Made by a program: the position numbers and the translations under genes. A stretch of 51,847 nucleotides of DNA from Actinomycetes bacterium (GTDB lineage: Bacteria; Actinomycetota; Acidimicrobiia; Acidimicrobiales; JAMCPL01), in contig JAJZWK010000001.1 of NCBI GenBank assembly GCA_021846725.1, forward strand, positions 1 through 51,847, in the 5' to 3' direction. The notes under the pieces were generated by a model, which did no database searches, was not told where the DNA came from, and was given only the letters and a program-made list of their open reading frames with translations. Positions 1 to 8,401 of this stretch are shown in pieces. Position 1 is the stretch's first letter; each line of letters begins with the position of its first letter.

Positions 1-1003
1 CACAAGAGCTCAATTCGTAAAATGAATATGATGGACCGAACCAGCTGGCTCCGGCAGGGTAGTGGCCTATGGCTGCAGGTGTGCCAAAGTAGCGAGGTGC
101 TATTAAATCTGCAATAGCAGAGAGGGGGAGTCCGCTGTAAGGTTGATTGAACCCCTGTGTAGCCCTTGTACTCAACGGAATAAGCTGTACGCCTGTAAAT
201 AGAAGTGGTGCAGATAGAAGTATCCCCAACACCGTAGCTACACCTACCCTAGATGCAGTACGCAAGACATCTTTGATATCCTTGCGACGCGACCATGCAA
301 TGACACCGCCGATGGCGATAACGGTAATAGTTATGAAAAGATACGATTCAGGGTGACCAGCATATACTGCAAATGCAATTACTATGCCGAGTATCACAAT
401 AAGTTTATTTGGCCTGTCGCTTCTATGCAACAATACGACCAATGCAATTACCCATCCAAGCCAAGCATTGACCTCACCCTGAGGCCAACCTGCCCAGTTA
501 CCCAGCGAGCCAGACATTTCAAATGCTATGGCACCTGCAATGCTGATAGGAGCAGGCGCTCCTATGACCCTTGCAGCAACATAAGCTCCCGTACCCGCTA
601 TGAGCATTGTCGTAAAGACACTGGCCAGGTAGGCATTTCTCAATGGAAAAAGGTAAGCGACCAGATGGGGCAATGACAGTACCGCCGACTGGAAGTTGCC
701 AAACTGAGCCAAGCCCAAGAGAGTGTAAGGATTCCAGAGTGGAAATACACCATGATGAATGGACTGCCAGTCCAAAGTCATCCATGGAACCATCTGGCTG
801 GCCTGATCAAATGATGCCTTGTTGTGGACATGGTGAAATAGCCCGTGCGTAACCGGCCATATATTCATGATGTCTATGGAACCTAGTACGAAGCCCTTTG
901 ACAGTGCCGGATAGAAAACAACAGCGGTTACGATTACTATAACTGCGATTGCTAGGGCATCGCTTAGTGGTACATGGCGACGTACGGCATGTCTTGGTCT
1001 CAT
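1..1003 (-). CDS. Polytopic integral membrane protein, YfhO-like (putative membrane glycosyltransferase-type protein); 3' end runs off the window
   Basis: Absent from the ORF track because there is no stop in the window. My minus-strand translation from ATG at 1003 reads MRPRHAVRRHVPLSDALAIAVIVIVTAVVFYPALSKG...FPLWNPYTLLGLAQFGNFQSAVLSLPHLVAYLFP... and stays open to position 1. It has many hydrophobic spans, and the PLWNPY region resembles the YfhO family. Confidence 0.5.
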   Translation of the reverse strand, partial: MRPRHAVRRHVPLSDALAIAVIVIVTAVVFYPALSKGFVLGSIDIMNIWPVTHGLFHHVHNKASFDQASQMVPWMTLDWQSIHHGVFPLWNPYTLLGLAQFGNFQSAVLSLPHLVAYLFPLRNAYLASVFTTMLIAGTGAYVAARVIGAPAPISIAGAIAFEMSGSLGNWAGWPQGEVNAWLGWVIALVVLLHRSDRPNKLIVILGIVIAFAVYAGHPESYLFITITVIAIGGVIAWSRRKDIKDVLRTASRVGVATVLGILLSAPLLFTGVQLIPLSTRATQGFNQPYSGLPLSAIADLIAPRYFGTPAAIGHYPAGASWFGPSYSFYELSSC

Positions 1004-1153
1004 GGGCTCGCCGACTTGATGACATCCATCTCACGACTGATACCCGGGACCCGCGCTTCTATTCCGGTCATGTACGTATTTTATCTTGTAGGGCGTTGCC
1101 GACGGTGCTTATACTGATAGTTTCTGTGGTTTATTCGTGCTAGTTTGTAACAC

Positions 1154-2518
1154 ATGTCCAGTTTACGTGATACTCCACTCAGCATATCATCGTTATACGC
1201 TGAATTGGGTGCCGTTGTTGCAAAAGCCTTTCCTCGTAGTAGAGAGCTATGGGTAAAGGGAGAGATACAGAAGGTCAGTGATTATTTCCATAAGAGCGGC
1301 CACTGCTATATAGACCTGATCGATCCAGATTATCCCGATCCAGCCAAGGCTCCAGTTCTCCGAGTAAAGTGCTGGAAACAGACCTGGTCAGTACTGCGTT
1401 CACAACTCTCCCAGGAAGGAATTGAGCTGGCAGCTGGAATGAACGTGGTCATAAACGGTTATATAGATTTCTACCAGGTAAGAGGTGAAGTCAGCTTTAT
1501 ACTGGAAGGTATAGATCTTGAGTCTCTACTCGGCAGACTTGCACTGGAACGGAAACGCCTTATTGAATCCCTCTCCAAAGAGGGACTTCTCGAGTTGAAC
1601 AAATCTATTGATATTCCACCTGTACCTCTGAGGGTTGGTCTAGTTGCCAGCCCCGGCACAGAGGGGTACTCAGATTTCATTGGCCAGCTAATGGATTCTG
1701 GTTACGGATTCCATGTGATAATAGTTCCTACGCAGGTACAGGGTAGCTCGGCTGCAAAATCGATTGTCGCTGCATTGGATTTACTGATCAGTTACGAACT
1801 GGATGTCGCGGTAATCGTACGGGGTGGTGGATCAAAGGCAGATTTATTGACCTTTGATGATGCTTCGGTTGCCAGAAGGGTTGCCACAATGCCTGTACCT
1901 GTGTTGACCGGTATAGGCCATACCGGTGATCAGTCAGTCGTCGACATGGTAGCGAATTCATCATTTATTACTCCGACCAGTTGTGGAAGACGGCTGGTGG
2001 AGGTTATCGATAGTTATATGGAGACTATACAAAGCTCAGCAAGGCAGATCTCTTCTTTAGCAGTGGAATCAATTACATACGCAGAAAATTACTTTGCCAC
2101 TCTCTCTGGTAAAATAGCCACCGCAGGGAATAGGGCATTGGACAACCAGGCTAAAGTAGTTACCAGTCTTGCAGGCAAGTTGGCATCTCAAGCTCTTGTA
2201 CATCTTGTCCGAGAGCGAGAAATGTTGAAACATGTGAGCAAACGTCTATCGGATTCAGCAATGAGGGCAATATCCTACAACGTGGCTGTAGCAGAAAATG
2301 CCAGACGTCTGACATTGGCATATGACCCCATACGTCAAATTGAGCGTGGGTACAGTATTACATGGGTCAGTGATGGAGAGAGTAAACGGATTATGCGTTC
2401 TATACGAGATGCCGATATAGGGAATACTTTGATTACCAGACTCAGTGACGGCAGCGTTCACTCCCGTATTTCAGCATTTAGTGAAGATGCTTCAGCACGC
2501 AACGAGGATAGGCAGTAA
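1154..2518 (+). CDS. xseA: Exodeoxyribonuclease VII large subunit
   Basis: 454 aa. The N-terminal OB-fold region (LSISSLYAELGAVVAKAFPRSRELWVKGEIQKVS...GHCYIDL), the catalytic middle (VRGGGSKADLLTFDD) and the long helical C-terminus are typical of XseA. xseB follows directly. Confidence 0.9.
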   Translation: MSSLRDTPLSISSLYAELGAVVAKAFPRSRELWVKGEIQKVSDYFHKSGHCYIDLIDPDYPDPAKAPVLRVKCWKQTWSVLRSQLSQEGIELAAGMNVVINGYIDFYQVRGEVSFILEGIDLESLLGRLALERKRLIESLSKEGLLELNKSIDIPPVPLRVGLVASPGTEGYSDFIGQLMDSGYGFHVIIVPTQVQGSSAAKSIVAALDLLISYELDVAVIVRGGGSKADLLTFDDASVARRVATMPVPVLTGIGHTGDQSVVDMVANSSFITPTSCGRRLVEVIDSYMETIQSSARQISSLAVESITYAENYFATLSGKIATAGNRALDNQAKVVTSLAGKLASQALVHLVREREMLKHVSKRLSDSAMRAISYNVAVAENARRLTLAYDPIRQIERGYSITWVSDGESKRIMRSIRDADIGNTLITRLSDGSVHSRISAFSEDASARNEDRQ

Positions 2519-2527
2519 ACTGTTCAC

Positions 2528-2929
2528 GTGGAAGAGGTATCCAAACTTACATACAGAGAAGCAACCGATGAGTTGAATGAAATTTTGTCGTATATGGAAC
2601 AGTCCGATGTAGACATAGACGAATTAGTTCCGAAATTAGAGCGTGCTACCGCTATCATTGCAGAGATAGACAAGAGGATCAAGGCAAGTAAGGTACGCGT
2701 CGAGGAGATCGTGCCTAAACTGAACACTCTTGCGACTGGAGAGGGGGAGCTTGACGAAGAACCATTCGACCCTGATGACGAGCCGCCAACCGATGAAGAC
2801 CTGTTACCACATAGAGAGCCCAGATCGCTAAAGTACATTGAGCAAGACGAGGAGCCGCTATCTGAGTTTGATGAAGAACCATTTGAGTTCAATGGACAGC
2901 TAATTGAGCAAGATGATGAGCCATTCTAG
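2528..2929 (+). CDS. xseB: Exodeoxyribonuclease VII small subunit with long acidic C-terminal tail
   Basis: GTG start 10 nt after the xseA stop. Residues 1-66 (LTYREATDELNEILSYMEQSDVDIDELVPKLERATAIIAEIDKRIKASKVRVEEI) match the XseB helical hairpin. Residues 67-133 are an extra acidic tail. Confidence 0.85.
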   Translation: MEEVSKLTYREATDELNEILSYMEQSDVDIDELVPKLERATAIIAEIDKRIKASKVRVEEIVPKLNTLATGEGELDEEPFDPDDEPPTDEDLLPHREPRSLKYIEQDEEPLSEFDEEPFEFNGQLIEQDDEPF

Positions 2930-3461
2930 GATCCTTTTATCTATTGCCGGCCTGGATCAGCCAGGTATAGTGGCATCAGTCACCGATTCTTTGGCCAGAG
3001 AGGGATGGAATCTCGAAGATGCGACAATGAGTATCTTACGAGGATATTTTACTATTATGGTAATGGTAGCGGTCGACAGTGATGTCACACCACAACAGGT
3101 AGTAGCAGCACTCGATCATGCGCGACAAGAATATGCACTGCAGGTAGAGGCAACTGTATGTTCCGATAGGATCGAAAACGATGCCGTTGAATTACTTCCG
3201 TGGTCTATATTTGTACATGGTTCTGACCACCCGGGGATTGTTCATGCCGTTGCATCTGAGATATTCAGGGCAGGAGGCAACATTGTAGACCTAGTAGCCA
3301 GACGCGGCGGCAGGAAGGGAGATGCCGTGTATATTATGACTATCAGAGCGATGATTCCCTCCGGAGAGCCTTCAGACATGTTTCACGATAGCCTGTCTCG
3401 TCTGGCAGTATCCGAGGGAATTGACTGTTCAGCACGGTTGGATTCAGCATTCATCCTATGA
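2904..3461 (+). CDS. Tandem ACT-domain protein (GcvR-like, COG2716-type)
   Basis: Two ACT-like units are present (ILLSIAGLDQPGIVASVTDSLAREGWNLED and WSIFVHGSDHPGIVHAVASEIFRAGGNIVDL). The start is uncertain: TTG at 2904 or ATG at 2913/2916. It overlaps the xseB 3' end. Confidence 0.7.
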   Translation: MSKMMSHSRILLSIAGLDQPGIVASVTDSLAREGWNLEDATMSILRGYFTIMVMVAVDSDVTPQQVVAALDHARQEYALQVEATVCSDRIENDAVELLPWSIFVHGSDHPGIVHAVASEIFRAGGNIVDLVARRGGRKGDAVYIMTIRAMIPSGEPSDMFHDSLSRLAVSEGIDCSARLDSAFIL

Positions 3462-3575
3462 TTGCGTGGACAACTCAGCCAATCAAATCTATCTATTACG
3501 ATGGCTGGCAACGCTATTGAACAAGCTCGTATGTCATAGTTGCGTTGACGATATGCCTTTATCTTTACCAATACC

Positions 3576-4073
3576 ATGTCACTACGGAACGTCATAACAA
3601 TTCCTCATCCCCTGCTTAGTAGGGTAGCTAATGAGATAGGATCAGTATCGCAAGAGCTGGCTGACGACCTTGTTGACACCATGTATGGATCCCCTGCCTG
3701 TGTCGGCTTGGCTGCACCACAGATCGAAGTAGGCTTACGAGCTTTTGTCGTGGACGTAAGCAAACATCGTGCAATGGCCGGTAAGACCTCAAATGGTCTC
3801 ATAGTTATCTTCGATCCAATCATATCCTGTAGAGGTGACCGTGAGGTTGCTCGAGAGGGCTGTATGAGTGTACCTGACTTTACCTGCGATGTGGAACGAT
3901 ACACAAATGTATCGGTAACCGGTATCGGTCTTGATGGTGAAAAATGCCACATAGAAGCTGAAGGATTCGAGGCCAGAGCGATACAGCACGAAGTGGATCA
4001 TCTCGATGGGTTGCTCATACTCGATAGGGTGACCGGTCCGCATGGTATATTCCAACGAAAGGTCTATAAGTAG
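3576..4073 (+). CDS. def: Peptide deformylase
   Basis: All three deformylase motifs are present: GLAAPQIE, EGCMSVPD and QHEVDHLDG. Confidence 0.92.
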   Translation: MSLRNVITIPHPLLSRVANEIGSVSQELADDLVDTMYGSPACVGLAAPQIEVGLRAFVVDVSKHRAMAGKTSNGLIVIFDPIISCRGDREVAREGCMSVPDFTCDVERYTNVSVTGIGLDGEKCHIEAEGFEARAIQHEVDHLDGLLILDRVTGPHGIFQRKVYK

Positions 4074-4273
4074 CTATAATCTGATCCATCCTCTTGGTTG
4101 TGCTACGTCCTGGATATCCACCGGCTCTTGTCCTTACTTCAAAACAGCTAACGTTCTAATCGCTCCCCGTAGCTTGGCGGCGTTAACCAGCTTTTATCAT
4201 TACTTTCAAACAGCCGAAATATCTGTAATATTATAGTTGTATACGATCCAATACAATAAATGACACACCACAG

Positions 4274-4963
4274 GTGTACTGTAATATGCATATGTCCAGA
4301 AGAGATGATCATATGGAAAATACCTGCAATAATCCAGAAATAGAGATACGATTGAGTACCAGACGACGTAAGACTGCCAGTGCCAAGTGGCAGGATGGGA
4401 GGATAGTGGTGTCTCTGCCTGCTGCGCTGCCAGAACCTGAGCGTTCCGAGATCGTCAACGGGCTCGTCCAAAGAGTCATGCGCAAGCGACAGGTAATTGA
4501 TTTTTTATCTGACGAATCATTGGAGTTGCGTGCCAGGCAACTGGCCGATCGCTATACCGATGGAATCTACGCTGATTCGATTCGTTGGGTAACCAACCAA
4601 AATGCTCGCTGGGGATCCTGCACTACCCGTAGGAGGGATATTAGGATCTCAGATAAGTTGCGACCGGTTCCGTCATGGGTACTGGATGCTGTAATCATTC
4701 ATGAACTCGCCCATCTGCAAGAACCCAATCACGGTTATCGTTTTCACGCTATTACAAATCGCTATTCACGGATGGGGGAGGCTATGACTTTTCTGAAAGG
4801 ATTCAGCCTGGGAATGAACAGCGCCATACTGAGGCCAGGAAATATGACATCTGAGCCGGACGATACTAGCCCAGGTCTTGACTATGACGACAACCATGAC
4901 GATAACCATGGCGATATAAGCCAGGAATCGGACAACAATGGCGAACCAGATCTCTACTGGTAG
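4274..4963 (+). CDS. DUF45/YgjP-like zinc metallohydrolase
   Basis: The pattern WGSCTTRRRDIRISDKL...VIIHELAHLQEPNHGYRF (HExxH plus a downstream H) is typical of the family. The start is uncertain (GTG 4274 or ATG 4286). The C-terminus is an acidic DDNHDDNHGD tail. Confidence 0.75.
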   Translation: MYCNMHMSRRDDHMENTCNNPEIEIRLSTRRRKTASAKWQDGRIVVSLPAALPEPERSEIVNGLVQRVMRKRQVIDFLSDESLELRARQLADRYTDGIYADSIRWVTNQNARWGSCTTRRRDIRISDKLRPVPSWVLDAVIIHELAHLQEPNHGYRFHAITNRYSRMGEAMTFLKGFSLGMNSAILRPGNMTSEPDDTSPGLDYDDNHDDNHGDISQESDNNGEPDLYW

Positions 4964-5070
4964 CGCAACAAGCTACCGCATTATTCGCACTATTGCATGA
5001 TCATGAGCAGTAGATGCGCAATCATGAGAGCCGACAGCATACTGGTAGCGCAACAAGCTACCGCATTATT
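4956..5070. repeat. Two perfect 30-bp direct repeats (4956-4985 and 5041-5070), each containing a GGTAGC-N7-GCTACC hairpin, between convergent genes
   Basis: ACTGGTAGCGCAACAAGCTACCGCATTATT occurs twice. The first copy covers the TAG stop of the DUF45 gene and the second touches the thiD stop. The hairpins lie at 4959-4977 and 5044-5062. Confidence 0.85.
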
Positions 5071-5944
5071 GAATACTACCGAATGGTGCGGTAGAGGATC
5101 GAGCAATTCCATATCTTGCAATATATTGCGTAACATACTCCCTGGCAGCAACTATCGCTTTGTCTACCGGGTAACCGTATGCAATATAGCCTGCTATAGC
5201 GGATGAGAAGGTACATCCAGTACCCCTGACCGCTGCTACTTGCAGGCGTGGAGAGGAAAGTATGTTCACGCCAGTCGACAATGATTGCAAAGAGGTGTCG
5301 GATATATTATTCAATCCGATTACGATATCCATAACTACTGGTGTATCTGGTGTATCTGGTGTATCTGGTAGTCGATCATCCCAGCTGGCATGGCCACCTT
5401 TGACAATTACTATCTCAGCACCCATATTGTGCAACATACTGGCGGCACTTACCATGTCATCTACGCTCGAGATGGTCATGCCTGTCAACAACTCTGCCTC
5501 AGGGATGTTTGGTGTCAGGATATATGTATACGGCACCAGTAGCTCTCGATACGCCTCTATACCTTCCTCGCTTGCCAACGGATTTCCAGATGATGCAGCA
5601 AGCACGGGATCAACTACTACATTTGGCAATTCTCCAGCTTTTATTCGAGACGCAATAGCCGCAACATTTTCTGCCGTGGCGAGCATGCCCACTTTGGTAG
5701 CTGCAAGTGGTGATCCCGCTACTGCAAGGTCTATCTGCAAACCTAGAAGATCTTCCGACACAGGCATTATTCCTGCGACTGCGGTAGAATCTTGTGCTGT
5801 AACTGCAGTAACTGCATACACACCGCGTACCCCAATTGATTCCAGTGTACGTATATCGGCCTGCATCCCCGCCCCTCCACTAGAATCTGATCCGGAGATT
5901 ACAAGGACACCACCAAGGGTGTCATATGGCTGGCGGGAACCCAT
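5066..5944 (-). CDS. thiD: Hydroxymethylpyrimidine/phosphomethylpyrimidine kinase
   Basis: VLVISGSDSSGGAGMQADIRTLESIGVRGVYAVTAVTAQDS and the C-terminal GTGCTFSSAIA motif are typical of ThiD. It is the last gene of the thi operon. Confidence 0.9.
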   Translation of the reverse strand: MGSRQPYDTLGGVLVISGSDSSGGAGMQADIRTLESIGVRGVYAVTAVTAQDSTAVAGIMPVSEDLLGLQIDLAVAGSPLAATKVGMLATAENVAAIASRIKAGELPNVVVDPVLAASSGNPLASEEGIEAYRELLVPYTYILTPNIPEAELLTGMTISSVDDMVSAASMLHNMGAEIVIVKGGHASWDDRLPDTPDTPDTPVVMDIVIGLNNISDTSLQSLSTGVNILSSPRLQVAAVRGTGCTFSSAIAGYIAYGYPVDKAIVAAREYVTQYIARYGIARSSTAPFGSIQ

Positions 5945-5989
5945 AGTTATTTGCGGTATAAGCCACTGGGTGTCATTGGGCTGAGGGCA

Positions 5990-7023
<1,034 letters not shown>

Positions 7024-7041
7024 ACAACAAAACTCCGCACT

Positions 7042-8226
7042 TCATGCGATTCTCTCGAGACGTGAGGGACTGAACGGTATGACCTCTTGTGGAACTCCCT
7101 TTTCATCAGACTGTATAAGTGCGTTTACCGCTACTGCCGTAATCGGAGCGAGCAACACGCCATTTCGGTAGTGGCCAGCAGCCACTATAAGTCCACCACT
7201 CTCATCTATACTGCCAACTATCGGACCATTATCCGGTGTGGCCGGTCTCAGTCCAGCAATAGTCTCTTGAAACGAAAGCTCTGCTGTAATAGGCAATAAC
7301 GCTCTAGCATCACGCAACAAATCGAAGACTGCACCAGATCGAACCGCCGTGTCAAAGCCTTTTTCCTCCATGGTTGCTCCGATGACCAGTGTCCCGTCAG
7401 CTCTGGGTACCATATATATGGAACGACCATTCGTTATACCTCTGATAGTGTGTGCAGGCAGCAAGGAGGAGTCAAATGCTGCCAGTCTGACTATCTCACC
7501 CTTGACTGGTCTTACGGCTGAAGATACAAATCGCGGTAAACCATTTAATTGGGATATCCACGGTCCGGTGCATACGATGATTTTATCGGCATGTAGATCG
7601 TTACCCGCCTCAAGTATTATACGGAAGCTGTTTCCGGCACTACCTCTGGAATTGCCTTTTGAATCGGAGATGACAGATGTTGCCCTAGTAGGCAGTAATG
7701 AATAACCTTTAGCGGTTATTATCTGTGTCAGCGCCTTTACCACCAGTCGTGGATCCACCTGGTAGTCATCTGCTGCAAGCATCGCTCCTCGTACAGATGG
7801 TGCAAGTTGTGGAACCAGTTCTCTGACCTCTGATGCACTCAGCCATTCGACATTCAACTTGAGGCTTGTCTGATAATCGTAGAGTTCTCTTATGTACGAC
7901 CTATCGTCGTTTCCCCCCGCTACTACAAGAGTACCCACCTGCCTGTAACCTATATCAATACCACTTTTCTCACTTAGCGTTTCAGCAAAAGATTTCCATA
8001 AGTTTGCCGCCGCCATGTTCAGATGCAATTCCAGCTCTTCACCATAGTATGCTTCAGTCACCGCAGCCAACATTCCTGCGGCTACCCAGCTGGTACCCTT
8101 ACCTGGCGATGGATCAACTATTGCTACCTTCTCGTAGACATCTGGCATCAAGTAGGCAACACTCAGCCCTATTATCCCTCCTCCAATTATTACTATGTCG
8201 TAGTTGCTGTCGTATGCTGCTATAAT
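7042..8226 (-). CDS. thiO: Glycine oxidase (FAD-dependent), start codon apparently non-canonical
   Basis: The body matches DAO-family ThiO and the gene sits in a thiOSGD context. The FAD-binding motif YDIVIIGGGIIGLSVAY is encoded in frame at 8202-8152, upstream of the first canonical start (TTG 8151). There is no ATG/GTG/TTG between the in-frame TAA (8250-8248) and that motif. ATT 8226 or ATA 8223 is the most plausible start. Confidence 0.8.
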   Translation of the reverse strand: MIAAYDSNYDIVIIGGGIIGLSVAYLMPDVYEKVAIVDPSPGKGTSWVAAGMLAAVTEAYYGEELELHLNMAAANLWKSFAETLSEKSGIDIGYRQVGTLVVAGGNDDRSYIRELYDYQTSLKLNVEWLSASEVRELVPQLAPSVRGAMLAADDYQVDPRLVVKALTQIITAKGYSLLPTRATSVISDSKGNSRGSAGNSFRIILEAGNDLHADKIIVCTGPWISQLNGLPRFVSSAVRPVKGEIVRLAAFDSSLLPAHTIRGITNGRSIYMVPRADGTLVIGATMEEKGFDTAVRSGAVFDLLRDARALLPITAELSFQETIAGLRPATPDNGPIVGSIDESGGLIVAAGHYRNGVLLAPITAVAVNALIQSDEKGVPQEVIPFSPSRLERIA

Positions 8227-8233
8227 GGTATCT

Positions 8234-8239
8234 ATTATA
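8234..8239 (-). promoter_or_regulatory. Candidate -10 box (TATAAT) for the thi operon
   Basis: A perfect TATAAT on the minus strand lies 7 nt upstream of ATT 8226. The geometry matches the msrB candidate. I did not identify a -35 element. Confidence 0.3.
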
Positions 8240-8401
8240 GTACTGTTTTAAGCGGTACCAATTTCCCTCATGGAATTGTGCCTTCATAGAAGCAGTGGTA
8301 TTTTCGGTAGTGCAATTGGTGCAATAAAAGTACTACTGATGGGCCAACGTCGTCCCTTGTATCAAACCTGTAGAACAGTAAGATATGGTTAGAAAAGGAA
8401 T

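Noticed and set aside
5262-5984. Long antisense ORFs opposite real genes: 5262-5984 vs thiD, 6054-6521 vs thiG, 23748-24443 vs der, 34789-35472 vs recN, 47407-48150 vs cmk, 48359-48919 vs plsC, 2524-2892 vs xseB
   Set aside because: Their translations are low-complexity Ser/Ala/Pro/Thr-rich strings with no recognisable motifs. Each fully overlaps a gene with clear family signatures on the other strand, so they are typical shadow ORFs.
8227-8401. TPP (thi-box) riboswitch upstream of thiO
   Set aside because: The minus strand shows no CUGAGA or ACCUGA...GGGA elements. A weak resemblance (CTGATGGG...CCCTTGTATCAAACCTG) lies on the + strand facing gltB and lacks the P4/P5 pyrophosphate-sensor helix. 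The AUAAU-loop hairpin on the minus strand is more simply a TATAAT promoter box.
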